A model generated the notes under the pieces. The model saw only the letters and a list, made by a program, of their open reading frames with translations. It was not told the DNA's origin and did not search any database. The position numbers were made by a program, and so were the translations under genes. 64,000 bases of DNA from assembly GCA_039621445.1 (NCBI GenBank), contig CP154954.1, forward strand, positions 29,047,837-29,111,836, in the 5' to 3' direction. Origin of the DNA: Euglena gracilis. Taxonomy: Eukaryota. Shown one piece after another: positions 1 to 34,384 of the stretch; the first letter of the stretch is position 1; the number at the start of each line of letters is the position of its first letter.

Positions 1-3000
1 TGGACCAAATTGGGCCTTACTCCGAGTAACCGAATGGGTGTTCCAGGAGGCCTCCAAAGTCAGGGGACCCGTTGGTTTCATGATTGTCGTGGTTTAATGG
101 TAAGAAAAACATGCAGCCCGAATGTTGGTTGCAAGAAATGAGCACATTTAGATGGGTGCATTCGACCATTTCGAAGGACACTTACCAGGTCAGCCCAGGT
201 TACCATGTAAAAATGGACCAAATTGGGCCTTACTCCGAGTAACCGAATGGGTGTTCCAGGAGGCCTCCAAAGTCAGGGGACCCGTTGGTTTCATGATTGT
301 CGTGGTTTAATGGTAAGAAAAACATGCAGCGGGAATGTTGGTTGCAAGAAATGAGCAGATTTAGATGGGTGCATTCGACCATTCCGGGGGACATTTACCA
401 GGTCAGCCCAGGTTACCATGTAAAAATGGACCAAATTGGGCCTTACTCCGAGTAACCGAATGGGTGTTCCAGGAGGCCTCCAAAGTCAGGGGACCCGTTG
501 GTTTCATGATTGTCGTGGTTTAATGGTAAGAAAAACATGCAGCCGGAAGGTTGGTTGCAAGAAATGAGCACACTTAGATGGGTGCATTCGACCATTCCGG
601 GGGACATTTACCAGGTCAGCCCAGGTTACCATGTAAAAATGGACCAAATTGGGCCTTACTCCGAGTAACCGAATGGGTGTTCCAGGAGGCCTCCAAAGTC
701 AGGGGACCCGTTGGTTTCATGATTGTCGTGGTTTAATGGTAAGAAAAACATGCAGCCGGAAGGTTGGTTGCAAGAAGTAGCACATTTAGATGGGTGCATT
801 CGACCATTCCGGGGGACATTTACCAGGTCAGCCCAGGTTACCATGTAAAAATGGACCAAATTGGGCCTTACTCCGAGTAACCGAATGGGTGTTCCAGGAG
901 GCCTCCAAAGTCAGGGGACCCGTTGGTTTCATGATTGTTGTGGTTTAATGGTAAGAAAAACATGCAGCGGGAATGTTGGTTGCAAGAAATGAGCACACTT
1001 AGATGGGTGCATTCGACCATTCCGGGGGACATTTACCAGGTCAGCCCAGGTTACCATGTAAAAATGGACCAAATTGGGCCTTACTCCGAGTAACCGAATG
1101 GGTGTTCCAGGAGGCCTCCAAAGTCAGGGGACCCGTTGGTTTCATGATTGTCGTGGTTTAATGGTAAGAAAAACATGCAGCGGGAATGTTGGTTGCAAGA
1201 AATGAGCAGATTTAGATGGGTGCATTCGACCATTCCGGGGGACATTTACCAGGTCAGCCCAGGTTACCATGAAAAAATGGACCAAATTGGGCCTTACTTC
1301 GAGTAACCGAATGGGTGTTCCAGGAGGCCTCCAAAGTCAGGGGACCCGTTGGTTTCATGATTGTCGTGGTTTAATGGTAAGAAAAACATGCAGCCGGAAG
1401 GTTGGTTTCAAGAAATAAGCACACTTAGATGGGTGCATTCGACCATTCCGGGGGAAATTTACCAGGTCAGCCCAGGTTACCATGTAAAACCGGACCAAAT
1501 TGGGCCTTACTCCGAGTAACCGAATGGGTGTTCCAGGAGGCCTCCAAAGTCAGGGGACCCGTTGGTTTCATGATTGTCGTGGTTTAATGGTAAGAAAAAC
1601 ATGCAGCGGGAATGTTGGTTGCAAGAAATGAGCACACTTAGATGGGTGCATTCAACCATTCCGGGGGACGTTTACCAGGTCAGCCCAGGTTACCATGCAA
1701 AAATGGACCAAATTGGGCCTTACTCCGAGTAACCGAATGGGTGTTCCAGGAGGCCTCCAAAGTCAGGGGACCCGTTGGTTTCATGATTGTCGTGGTTTAA
1801 TGGTAAGAAAAACATGCAGCCGGAAGGTTGGTTGCAAGAAATGAGCACATTTAGTTGGGTGCATTCGACCATTCCGGGGGACATTTACCAGGTCAGCCCA
1901 GGTTACCATGCAAAAATGGACCAAATTGGGCCTTACTCCGAGTAACCGAATGGGTGTTCCAGGAGGCCTCCAAAGCCAGGGGACCCGTTGGTTTCATGAT
2001 TGTCGTGGTTTAATGGTAAGAAAAACATGCAGCGAAAATGCTGGTTGCAAGAAATGAGCACATTTAGATGGGTGCATTCGACCATTTCGAAGGACACTTA
2101 CCAGGTCAGCCCAGGTTACCATGTAAAAATGGACCAAATTGGGCCTTACTCCGAGTAACCGAATGGGTGTTCCAGGAGGCCTCCAAAGTCAGGGGACCCG
2201 TTGGTTTCATGATTGTCGTGGTTTAATGGTAAGAAAAACATGCAGCGGGAATGTTGGTTGCAAGAAATGAGCAGATTTAGATGGGTGCATTCGACCATTC
2301 CGGGGGACATTTACCAGGTCAGCCCAGGTTACCATGAAAAAATGGACCAAATTGGGCCTTACTCCGAGTAACCGAATGGGTGTTCCAGGAGGCCTCCAAA
2401 GTCAGGGGACCCGTTGGTTTCATGATTGTCGTGGTTTAATGGTAAGAAAAACATGCAGCGGGAATGTTGGTTGCAAGAAATGAGCAAATTTAGATGGGTG
2501 CATTCGACCATTTCGGTGGACATTTACCAGTCAGCCCAGGTTACCATGTAAAAATGGACCAAATTGGGCCTTACTCCGAGTAACCGAATGGGTGTTCCAG
2601 GAGGCCTCCAAAGTCAGGGGACCCGTTGGTTTCATGATTGTCGTGGTTTAATGGTAAGAAAAACATGCAGCCGGAAGGTTGGTTGCAAGAAATGAGCAGA
2701 TTTAGATGGGTGCATTCGACCATTCCGGGGGAAATTTACCAGGTCAGCCCAGGTTACCATGTAAAAATGGACCAAATTGGGCCTTACTCCGAGTAACCGA
2801 ATGGGTGTTCCAGGAGGCCTCCAAAGTCAGGGGACCCGTTGGTTTCATGATTGTCGTGGTTTAATGGTAAGAAAAACATGCAGCCGGAAGGTTGGTTTCA
2901 AGAAATGAGCACATTTAGATGGGTGCATTCGACCATTCCGGGGGACATTTACCAGGTCAGCCCAGGTTACCATGTAAAAATGGACCAAATTGGGCCTTAC

Positions 3001-5616
3001 TCCGAGTAACCGAATGGGTGTTCCAGGAGGCCTCCAAAGTCAGGGGACCCGTTGGTTTCATGATTGTCGTGGTTTAATGGTAAGAAAAACATGCAGCGGA
3101 ATTGTTGGTTGCAAGAAACGAGATGGGTGCATTCGACCATTCCGGGGGACATTTACCAGGTCAGCCCAGGTTACCATGTAAAAATGGACCAAATTGGGCC
3201 TTACTCCGAGTAACCGAATGGGTGTTCCAGGAGGCCTCCAAAGTCAGGGGACCCGTTGGTTTCATGATTGTCGTGGTTTAATGGTAAGAAAAACATGCAG
3301 CCGGAAGTTTGGTTGCAAGAAATGAGCACATTTAGATGGGTGCATTCGACCATTCCGGGGGACATTTACCAGGTCAGCCCAGGTTACCATGTAAAAATGG
3401 ACCAAATTGGGCCTTACTCCGAGTAACCGAATGGGTGTTCCAGGAGGCCTCCAAAGTCAGGGGACCCGTTGGTTTCATGATTGTCGTGGTTTAATGGTAA
3501 AAAAAACATGCAGCGGGAATGTTGGTTGCAAGAAATGAGCACATTTAGATGGGTGCATTCGACCATTCCGGGGGACATTTACCAGGTCAGCCCAGGTTAC
3601 CATGTAAAAATGGACCAAATTGGGCCTTACTCCGAGTAACCGAATGGGTGTTCCAGGAGGCCTCCAAAGTCAGGGGACCCGTTGGTTTCATGATTGTCGT
3701 GGTTTAATGGTAAGAAAAACATGCAGCCGGAATGTTCGTTGCAAGAAATGAGCACACTTAGATGGGTGCATTCGACCATTCCGGGGGACATTTACCAGGT
3801 CAGCCCAGGTTACCATGTAAAAATGGACCAAATTGGGCCTTACTCCGAGTAACCGAATGGGTGTTCCAGGAGGCCTCCAAAGTCAGGGGACCCGTTGGTT
3901 TCATGATTGTCGTGGTTTAATGGTAAGAAAAACATGCAGCGGGAATGTTGGTTGCAAGAAATGAGCAGGTTTAGATGGGTGCATTCGACCATTCCGGGGG
4001 ACATTTACCAGGTCAGCCCAGGTTACCATGAAAAAATGGACCAAATTGGGCCTTACTCCGAGTAACCGAATGGGTGTTCCAGGAGGCCTCCAAAGTCAGG
4101 GGACCCGTTGGTTTCATGATTGTCGTGGTTTAATGGTAAGAAAAACATGCAGCGGGAATGTTGGTTGCAAGAAATGAGCAGATTTAGATGGGTGCATTCG
4201 ACCATTCCGGGGGACATTTACCAGGTCAGCCCAGGTTACCATGAAAAAATGGACCAAATTGGGCCTTACTCCGAGTAACCGAATGGGTGTTCCAGGAGGC
4301 CTCCAAAGTCAGGGGACCCGTTGGTTTCATGATTGTCGTGGTTTAATGGTAAGAAAAAAATGAGCGGGAACGTTGGTTGCAAGAAATGAGCAGATTTAGA
4401 TGGGTGCATTCGACCATTCCGGGGGACATTTACCAGGTCAGCCCAGGTTACCATGTAAAAATGGACCAAATTGGGCCTTACTCCGAGTAACCGAATGGGT
4501 GTTCCAGGAGGCCTCCAAAGTCAGGGGACCCGTTGGTTTCATGATTGTCGTGGTTTAATGGTAAGAAAAACATGCAGCCGGAAGGTTGGTTGCAAGAAAT
4601 AAGCACACATAGATGGGTGCATTCGACCATTCCGGGGGACATTTACCAGGTCAGCCCAGGTTACCATGTAAAAATGGACCAAATTGGGCCTTACTCCGAG
4701 TAACCGAATGGGTGTTCCAGGAGGCCTCCAAAGTCAGGGGACCCGTTGGTTTCATGATTGTCGTGGTTTAATGGTAAAAAAAACATGCAGCGGGAATGTT
4801 GGTTGCAAGAAATGAGCACACTTAGATGGGTGCATTCGACCATTCCGGGGGACATTTACCAGGTCAGCCCAGGTTACCATGTAAAAATGGACCAAATTGG
4901 GCCTTACTCCGAGTAACCGAATGGGTGTTCCAGGAGGCCTCCAAAGTCAGGGGACCCGTTGGTTTCATGATTGTCGTGGTTTAATGGTAAGAAAAACATG
5001 CAGCGGGAATGTTGGTTGCAAGAAATGAGCAGATTTAGATGGGTGCATTCGACCATTCCGGGGGACATTTACCAGGTCAGCCCAGGTTACCATGAAAAAA
5101 TGGACCAAATTGGGCCTTACTTCGAGTAACCGAATGGGTGTTCCAGGAGGCCTCCAAAGTCAGGGGACCCGTTGGTTTCATGATTGTCGTGGTTTACTGG
5201 TAAGAAAAACATGCAGCCGGAAGGTTGGTTTCAAGAAATAAGCACACTTAGATGGGTGCATTCGACCATTCCGGGGGAAATTTACCAGGTCAGCCCAGGT
5301 TACCATGTAAAACCGGACCAAATTGGGCCTTACTCCGAGTAACCAAATGGGTGTTCCAGGAGGCCTCCAAAGTCAGGGGACCCGTTGGTTTCATGATTGT
5401 TGTGGTTTATTGGTAAGAAAAACATGCAGCGGGAATGTTGGTTGCAAGAAATGAGCACACTTAGATGGGTGCATTCAACCATTCCGGGGGACGTTTACCA
5501 GGTCAGCCCAGGTTACCATGTAAAAATGGACCAAATTGGGCCTTACTCCGAGTAACCGAATGGGTGTTCCAGGAGGCCTCCAAAGTCAGGGGACCCGTTG
5601 GTTTCATGATTGTCGT
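1..5616. repeat. 213-bp tandem satellite, about 26 copies, runs off the left edge of the window
   Basis: The unit starting TGGACCAAATTGGGCCTTACTCCGAG recurs at 1, 214, 427, 640 and so on. Copies are nearly identical. The array ends abruptly after ...CATGATTGTCGT at 5616. Confidence 0.98.
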
Positions 5617-7055
5617 CCGTAGATGTCGGCCTCTGCTTCCAACAGCACTGGGCAGTTGGACTGGTGCTGCAGGCACCAACCGGCTCCAGACGTGGTAGTG
5701 TGAGACCCGCAGAGGGTGCACCGGACGTAGTAGTAGGTAGGCAGCAAAGGCGCGGGTCGCCCCCCGTCAGGGCCCGGCAGGGGCATGTCGGTGAGCCTTA
5801 TGAGAAACAGGTCACTCATTTGGAGGCTGCGTAGGATGTGCAGGAGGTCTCCAGAGTCCGGTCCTGGAAGACACCAGGGTCCGGGATTAGACTCAATGTC
5901 TCCACATGTCAGCAGATTTTCCCCCCGCCCCTGGCAAGGCAGCGCGGCACAAGACAGGTAGGGTACACGAGTCGACACCGCCTTGTTCTGGCGGTGGTAG
6001 AGCACCTCTATGTCAGTCCAGGTGCAGCGAAGGCAGCACACTTTGTGCAGCCAGGGAGGAGGGCGGTCGGGGATGTCCGGCCACGCTGCCGTGCGTGCCA
6101 CTGGGGGGTAGGGGGCGAGACAATTCTTGGGCCCGATCCGGGGTCGTGGCGGCGATGGGGGGGGTGGTGGGACAGCTGGGGGCGGCCGTTTCGGCCGCGC
6201 CGGGGGGGGCGACCACTGGAGGTCCTCCTCCCGGAGATGACCCGGGCGCTGGGCATGGAGCGCCTGAGCGAGGCGGATGGCCTCCCCCCTGGTCGGGATG
6301 CGGCGCGGGCAAGGCGAGGGAGGCGGTGCAGCGGCTGGCGCCCTTGCGCTCTCCAGGGGGGCGCCCCACAAGCGGTGACGGCGCACGAAGTCCAGCTCCC
6401 GGCCGTGTAATTCCCACCGCTCTGTGAGGAGCCGTAAGGTGCGGGCCAGCTTTTCGGTCCAGGTCTCCCCCCCTGCCTGCCGCCTGCTCTCCCTCCGAGC
6501 CAAAAATTTGGCCCGGAGTTCCCCCCGGGGGGTCCGTCCGCAGGGGTGGTCTTCTGCGCTCGGGGGGTCAGGTGGGCCTTCCTCCGGGCTTGGGGGAGGG
6601 GCCGGCACCGTTTCCTGCCACAACCCGGGCGGCTGTTCCACCCAGCCACCGAGGAACGTGGCGCCGTACTCCCACTGAGTACCATCCCAAGCATAGGGGG
6701 GCCGAGGGGGGGGTGCTGCGAAGATGCGGAAAGGGGCCGACTTGTTCCAGCCGGGGCCACTTTCATAGGCCAGGTCAAGCAGGGGGGCAGGAAGAGGGGA
6801 CCAGGGGCCCCCAGCCTCGCTTCCATCTGCTGTGGGGTCCTCCGTTCCCCTTTGGGGGGTTGGGCCGTCTTGGGGGTCTCCTCCCTGCTGGCGACGGGTG
6901 GGCCTGAGCCTTGGCCCAGCCACCCCGCTGACCGAGCTGGGGGTCTCCTCTCCAGCAGTTGCCAATCTGAAAGGGCTCCCCGGTTCCCCCACTCCAATTG
7001 TATTCTGTGAGCGCGGGCCAGATTTGAGATTTATTTTTGTAAGAACTGCCAGCAA
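5604..7055 (-). CDS. ORF2: Pro-rich ORF with a 2A (StopGo) peptide and CxxC motifs; probably a retroelement-type polyprotein, 3' end cut off by the satellite
   Basis: 483-codon open frame containing GRGENLLTCGDIESNPGP plus CCLRC and CTLC...C..H motifs. No in-frame ATG before the 2A. The TGA stop (5604-5606) lies inside the satellite unit. Confidence 0.6.
   Translation of the reverse strand: MLAVLTKINLKSGPRSQNTIGVGEPGSPFRLATAGEETPSSVSGVAGPRLRPTRRQQGGDPQDGPTPQRGTEDPTADGSEAGGPWSPLPAPLLDLAYESGPGWNKSAPFRIFAAPPPRPPYAWDGTQWEYGATFLGGWVEQPPGLWQETVPAPPPSPEEGPPDPPSAEDHPCGRTPRGELRAKFLARRESRRQAGGETWTEKLARTLRLLTERWELHGRELDFVRRHRLWGAPLESARAPAAAPPPSPCPRRIPTRGEAIRLAQALHAQRPGHLREEDLQWSPPPARPKRPPPAVPPPPPSPPRPRIGPKNCLAPYPPVARTAAWPDIPDRPPPWLHKVCCLRCTWTDIEVLYHRQNKAVSTRVPYLSCAALPCQGRGENLLTCGDIESNPGPWCLPGPDSGDLLHILRSLQMSDLFLIRLTDMPLPGPDGGRPAPLLPTYYYVRCTLCGSHTTTSGAGWCLQHQSNCPVLLEAEADIYGRQS
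5877..5930 (-). other. 2A ribosome-skipping peptide coding sequence (GRGENLLTCGDIESNPGP)
   Basis: Matches the D(V/I)ExNPGP consensus and closely resembles Thosea asigna virus T2A (EGRGSLLTCGDVEENPGP). Confidence 0.9.
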
Positions 7056-7152
7056 AAATTAGGCATTGCCTCACAGAGATTTTGGGGAATTACATTTTTC
7101 ACAGGCAAGCTGGCAAACAGTGTACAAGTTTGCGTGGGACTCTGAACTGGAT

Positions 7153-8448
7153 TCAAAGTATCAAGTCTTGTCTTCTGGGGTGCTGTGTGGGGAAGTTTGG
7201 GAAGAAGACCCCTGAAGGCTGAAAAGTTGGAATTGGCCAGAAGTCTGATGTGGTGAAATTATCTGGACACAATGGACCATCCCCCAACTTGCAATTCGCC
7301 TTGGGCTGTTCCACTCCCGACCCATCTGGGAGGGGGGGGGTGGTCCCCGATTTTTTCCGGATGCTTTTCTGTTTCAAACATGATTGGGCCATCTGGGTCA
7401 TCAATTCCCTTGTCGGGATGTTTTCCAGTTTCTGGGGGTGTCTCCCCCCAGACCTGTGGGGATTCCAACTCTGATGGGAGGGGGGGGGGGTGGCTTCATG
7501 CGCAATGGGATAGCGACAGCAATGTGGAGAGTGGTGGTGTTTCGTGTATTTTTTAGAGGGGCGATGTCGGTGATGTCGACTATGATGTCGATGTGGGCAC
7601 CTTGTCCTGGCTGTGGGTCGTTTCACCTGGCTGCATGATGATGATGATGCTGAGGAGGGTGATGATGAAGTAGAGGGTGACGATGATGTGGTTGAGGTCG
7701 ATCTTGTCGATGCTCGGGGTGGGGAATATGGAGGAGGTGGCTGGGCTTCCTGGTGCATGTCGAGGGGGGTGGGCTGCAGGAGTCTGGTTTGGTTGTGCAG
7801 CATTTGCTGCAGCTGCTGCATCTGTTGCAGCTGCTGTTGATGAAGCTGTAGCAGCGCCATGTCCATGTCCGGCTTGCTTCTGCTGTTCTTTTCCATCTCC
7901 ACCCTGCTCCTCGGAGTCAGGTCCATGTCCCACATGCCTCGTTTGAGGACTTGATCTGTGTTAGATGATGATGCTGCAGCTTTGGGCTCCATGCGGGGCT
8001 GGGGTTCCCGCCATCTGGGGCTGCAGGGCTGTCTCTGTCTCTCCTGCTGCCTGGGCCCTTCTGCATGGGGGGACCGTCTGGTGCTGCGGGGCTGTCTCTC
8101 CCGCTGCTTGGGCTGTCTGGGGCTGCAGGGCTGATACTCCTGCTGCCTGGGGTCATCACGTTTGGGGCTGCAGCGGGGCTGATACTCCCGCTGTCCCCGT
8201 CTGTCGCCACTGCTTCGGGGCTGGTACTCCCGCTGCTCGCAGGGATCGGGGTACTCCTGGTAGCTCTGCTCAATGTCCAGCTTCCTTCTTTTTCTGGACT
8301 GCTGCCTCATGGCCTGTCTCTGGGCCTTGTCTTTGTAGCGGTCGCCATATCGTTGACGGAGTGCCTCTTCCCAGGCTTCATCAGAGGCGTACTGCTCTTC
8401 TTGTCTGGAACGCCTCCTCACTTCGTGGTACTTCTTCCCATCGTCCAT
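7153..8448 (-). CDS. ORF1: intronless low-complexity protein (about 431 aa; R/Q/E repeats, RKRRK, poly-Q, poly-S, His-rich), function unknown
   Basis: ATG at 8448 (MDDGKKYHEV...), 114 nt downstream of a genomic SL copy; open to 7153; internal EYQPRS/CSP repeats. Confidence 0.6.
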   Translation of the reverse strand: MDDGKKYHEVRRRSRQEEQYASDEAWEEALRQRYGDRYKDKAQRQAMRQQSRKRRKLDIEQSYQEYPDPCEQREYQPRSSGDRRGQREYQPRCSPKRDDPRQQEYQPCSPRQPKQRERQPRSTRRSPHAEGPRQQERQRQPCSPRWREPQPRMEPKAAASSSNTDQVLKRGMWDMDLTPRSRVEMEKNSRSKPDMDMALLQLHQQQLQQMQQLQQMLHNQTRLLQPTPLDMHQEAQPPPPYSPPRASTRSTSTTSSSPSTSSSPSSASSSSCSQVKRPTARTRCPHRHHSRHHRHRPSKKYTKHHHSPHCCRYPIAHEATPPPSHQSWNPHRSGGRHPQKLENIPTRELMTQMAQSCLKQKSIRKKSGTTPPLPDGSGVEQPKANCKLGDGPLCPDNFTTSDFWPIPTFQPSGVFFPNFPTQHPRRQDLIL

Positions 8449-8562
8449 CGCCAAATTCTTGAGTAACACACCTCGCAATGTCCTGAAACTTCAGATTCCC
8501 CAGGTAAATGTTAATAAAGCTTGACCCCAACCCGGGGCTTTCAGGACAGGTTATGCGGAAGA

Positions 8563-8587
8563 CGAAAAAAAATAGACACTCAGAAAG
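8563..8587 (-). other. Genomic copy of the Euglena spliced-leader exon (CTTTCTGAGTGTCTATTTTTTTTCG)
   Basis: The reverse complement of CGAAAAAAAATAGACACTCAGAAAG matches 25 nt of the Euglena SL as I recall it (ACTTTCTGAGTGTCTATTTTTTTTCG). It is followed by TC, not a GT donor, so it is not an SL RNA gene. Confidence 0.88.
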
Positions 8588-10578
8588 AGGGTTCGCTAAA
8601 TTCAATAGGATGAACCCTTCAGGAATTAGGACCGTCATCTGCTCGCGATCACATTCCACTGGTTGACAGACCAAGAAGTGAAACCATGCAGTGACAGGTG
8701 GGTGCAATTGCTCGCGGTAGCCCTTCCAAACGACAAATAGCATGTCGACATGGGCCACGCGCACGTGCACGACACGCGCGACACACGTGTCGAGCCGTGC
8801 CGAACCATGCCGAATAAAAATGGGACAGACCCCCTTCCAACACTGCACCATTGCCCCCCCCCCCAGCGATTCCCACAGGCGGGACGGGAGTAGCTCACTG
8901 TCAGAGCACTTTTTTAAAAGAAAACCCCCAAAAGTGTTCAAAAATCGTCGTTTTTGGGGACGTTTAAAAATCACCTTTTGGCAAATGTGCTTGAAATTAA
9001 CAATTTTTTGCGAACATCCCAAAAACCAAAAAAACTTGCCAAAATGATTGAATGAGTGTCCGAGGTTCGGGTTGGGAACAGCTCGGGGGGGGGGGGGGGA
9101 CCGATCCCCCCCCTGTTCCCTTTGGGCTCAGAGGTCCCATCGTGAAGTGGTGGGGAACAGGTGGTTTTTTCCAGTTTCCAAGTGGCATTTAACGTTGCTT
9201 TTTTGTTACAGGGCTCACTGATCAAGTTCCCTCCCGAACCCAATTTTCAGCCAATTATCATAATCCTGGCAACCTCAAAACCCCAAATCCCATAAATTGG
9301 CACTCCTCACCCAAGATGTTAGCTCACTTTTTTTTGCTTTTCTATGTTTACAGCTAAACCCGAAAATGTCGGCCCTGAGTGCCGAAAACCCCGGCTCCAA
9401 GTACAAAATACTGGCCCGTGGTGCCCAAACTTGGTGAAGACTGTCCTGGATAAAGCATCTTTTGCAAATTTTTTTGGGTACAAGGAGCTGTTCCTGGGTT
9501 TTGGGGACTTGGGCTGAAATTAAAGAGATTTTTTTTTGCCGTGGACCTTCAATGGCGTTTGTTGGGTTTTTTTTTAGAAAAAGAAAACACGGTTCTTTTT
9601 TTTTTAACCGTGCTTTTCTTTTCCGGTTCAGGCGTGAAGCCAGAGCCCCTGATACACGGTTTCCATATCGAGAACTGTGTCCCAAACGCCGGTTTGGGCG
9701 TGAACCTGGTGCCTGGGACGCCAGTTCGGGTGTCAGCCCGAACCGGCAGTTCGGGCGTGAACCCGGATCCCCCTAGAAAACCTTTTCAGCTGTGTCCCAG
9801 ATGGGAATCACGGCCAATTTCGCCCCAAGTACCCATCAATCCCCAATGCCCATCAATCGAAAGCTTTCAGCAGATGGAATTCGGCCATAATGCACATAGC
9901 TCTTATTTTCAGCGATCGTGTATTCCAAAATTTGACATATTAATTTGTCAAAACCCACAGTTCAGGTTGCATATTGCCCAAAATTGGCCAAAAGGAAATT
10001 GTTGTTCAAACCCCCAATTTCCGGAAGACCCCCCTTGCCTTAGCTGTTCCTCTGGGGCTGAAGGGGGGGGGGGAAGTTTTCGCCCGTTTCGGAGCCTTTT
10101 GCAAAACCAGGAAAATTCCCAAATTTCAGGGGGGGGAAATTTTCGGGGGGGGGACAATTTACGGCTAGGGACTGTAATCATATTTGAGTTTTGTGGGTTG
10201 GGACTTTTTTTTTGTACATGCAAGGGCAGCACAGCTTCACCACTTGCATGGCCCCTGGGTCGAGGACTTGACATCTTTTGGGTTTTTTTTGTCCATTGAA
10301 CCATCCCCGGCATATATCTATCAATAAGACCCACCGCCCTGAACAGAGGTGTTCGGGAATATACCATAACAACCCCACAACATACGGCAAATGAATTCCG
10401 AATCCCGGTCGGCTTCATGGCTTCAAAGAATAGAAGGGACGAGGCAAAGTGCCCGAAACGGCCGAAAATTCCCCCCCCCCCTGGTCAAGAGCCCAAAAAC
10501 CCCTCCCTAGGGGGGGGGAAATTTACGCCCAGGGACTGTACCACATGTCTACAAACCCCTTTGGACACTTGTTGGTAC

Positions 10579-10605
10579 CTTTTTCTCTTTCCATTTCTTT
10601 CTCAG
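10579..10605 (+). promoter_or_regulatory. Polypyrimidine tract + CAG: probable trans-splice acceptor of the MAPK gene
   Basis: CTTTTTCTCTTTCCATTTCTTTCTCAG ends 13 nt before the ATG at 10619. Confidence 0.6.
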
Positions 10606-10618
10606 GATCGATCTACAG

Positions 10619-34384
<23,766 letters not shown>

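Noticed and set aside
1-5616. CRISPR array or protein-coding repeat (213 = 71 codons; one minus-strand frame has only TGA stops)
   Set aside because: There are no unique spacers and the context is eukaryotic. Indels between units break the frame, and nothing else indicates TGA reassignment.
1-5616. 5S rRNA, SL RNA or box C/D snoRNA tandem array
   Set aside because: I could not see a 5S sequence, an SL exon or a TGATGA/CTGA box pair in the unit.
8563-8587. Functional SL RNA gene
   Set aside because: The exon is followed by TC rather than the GT donor, and no linked 5S gene is visible.
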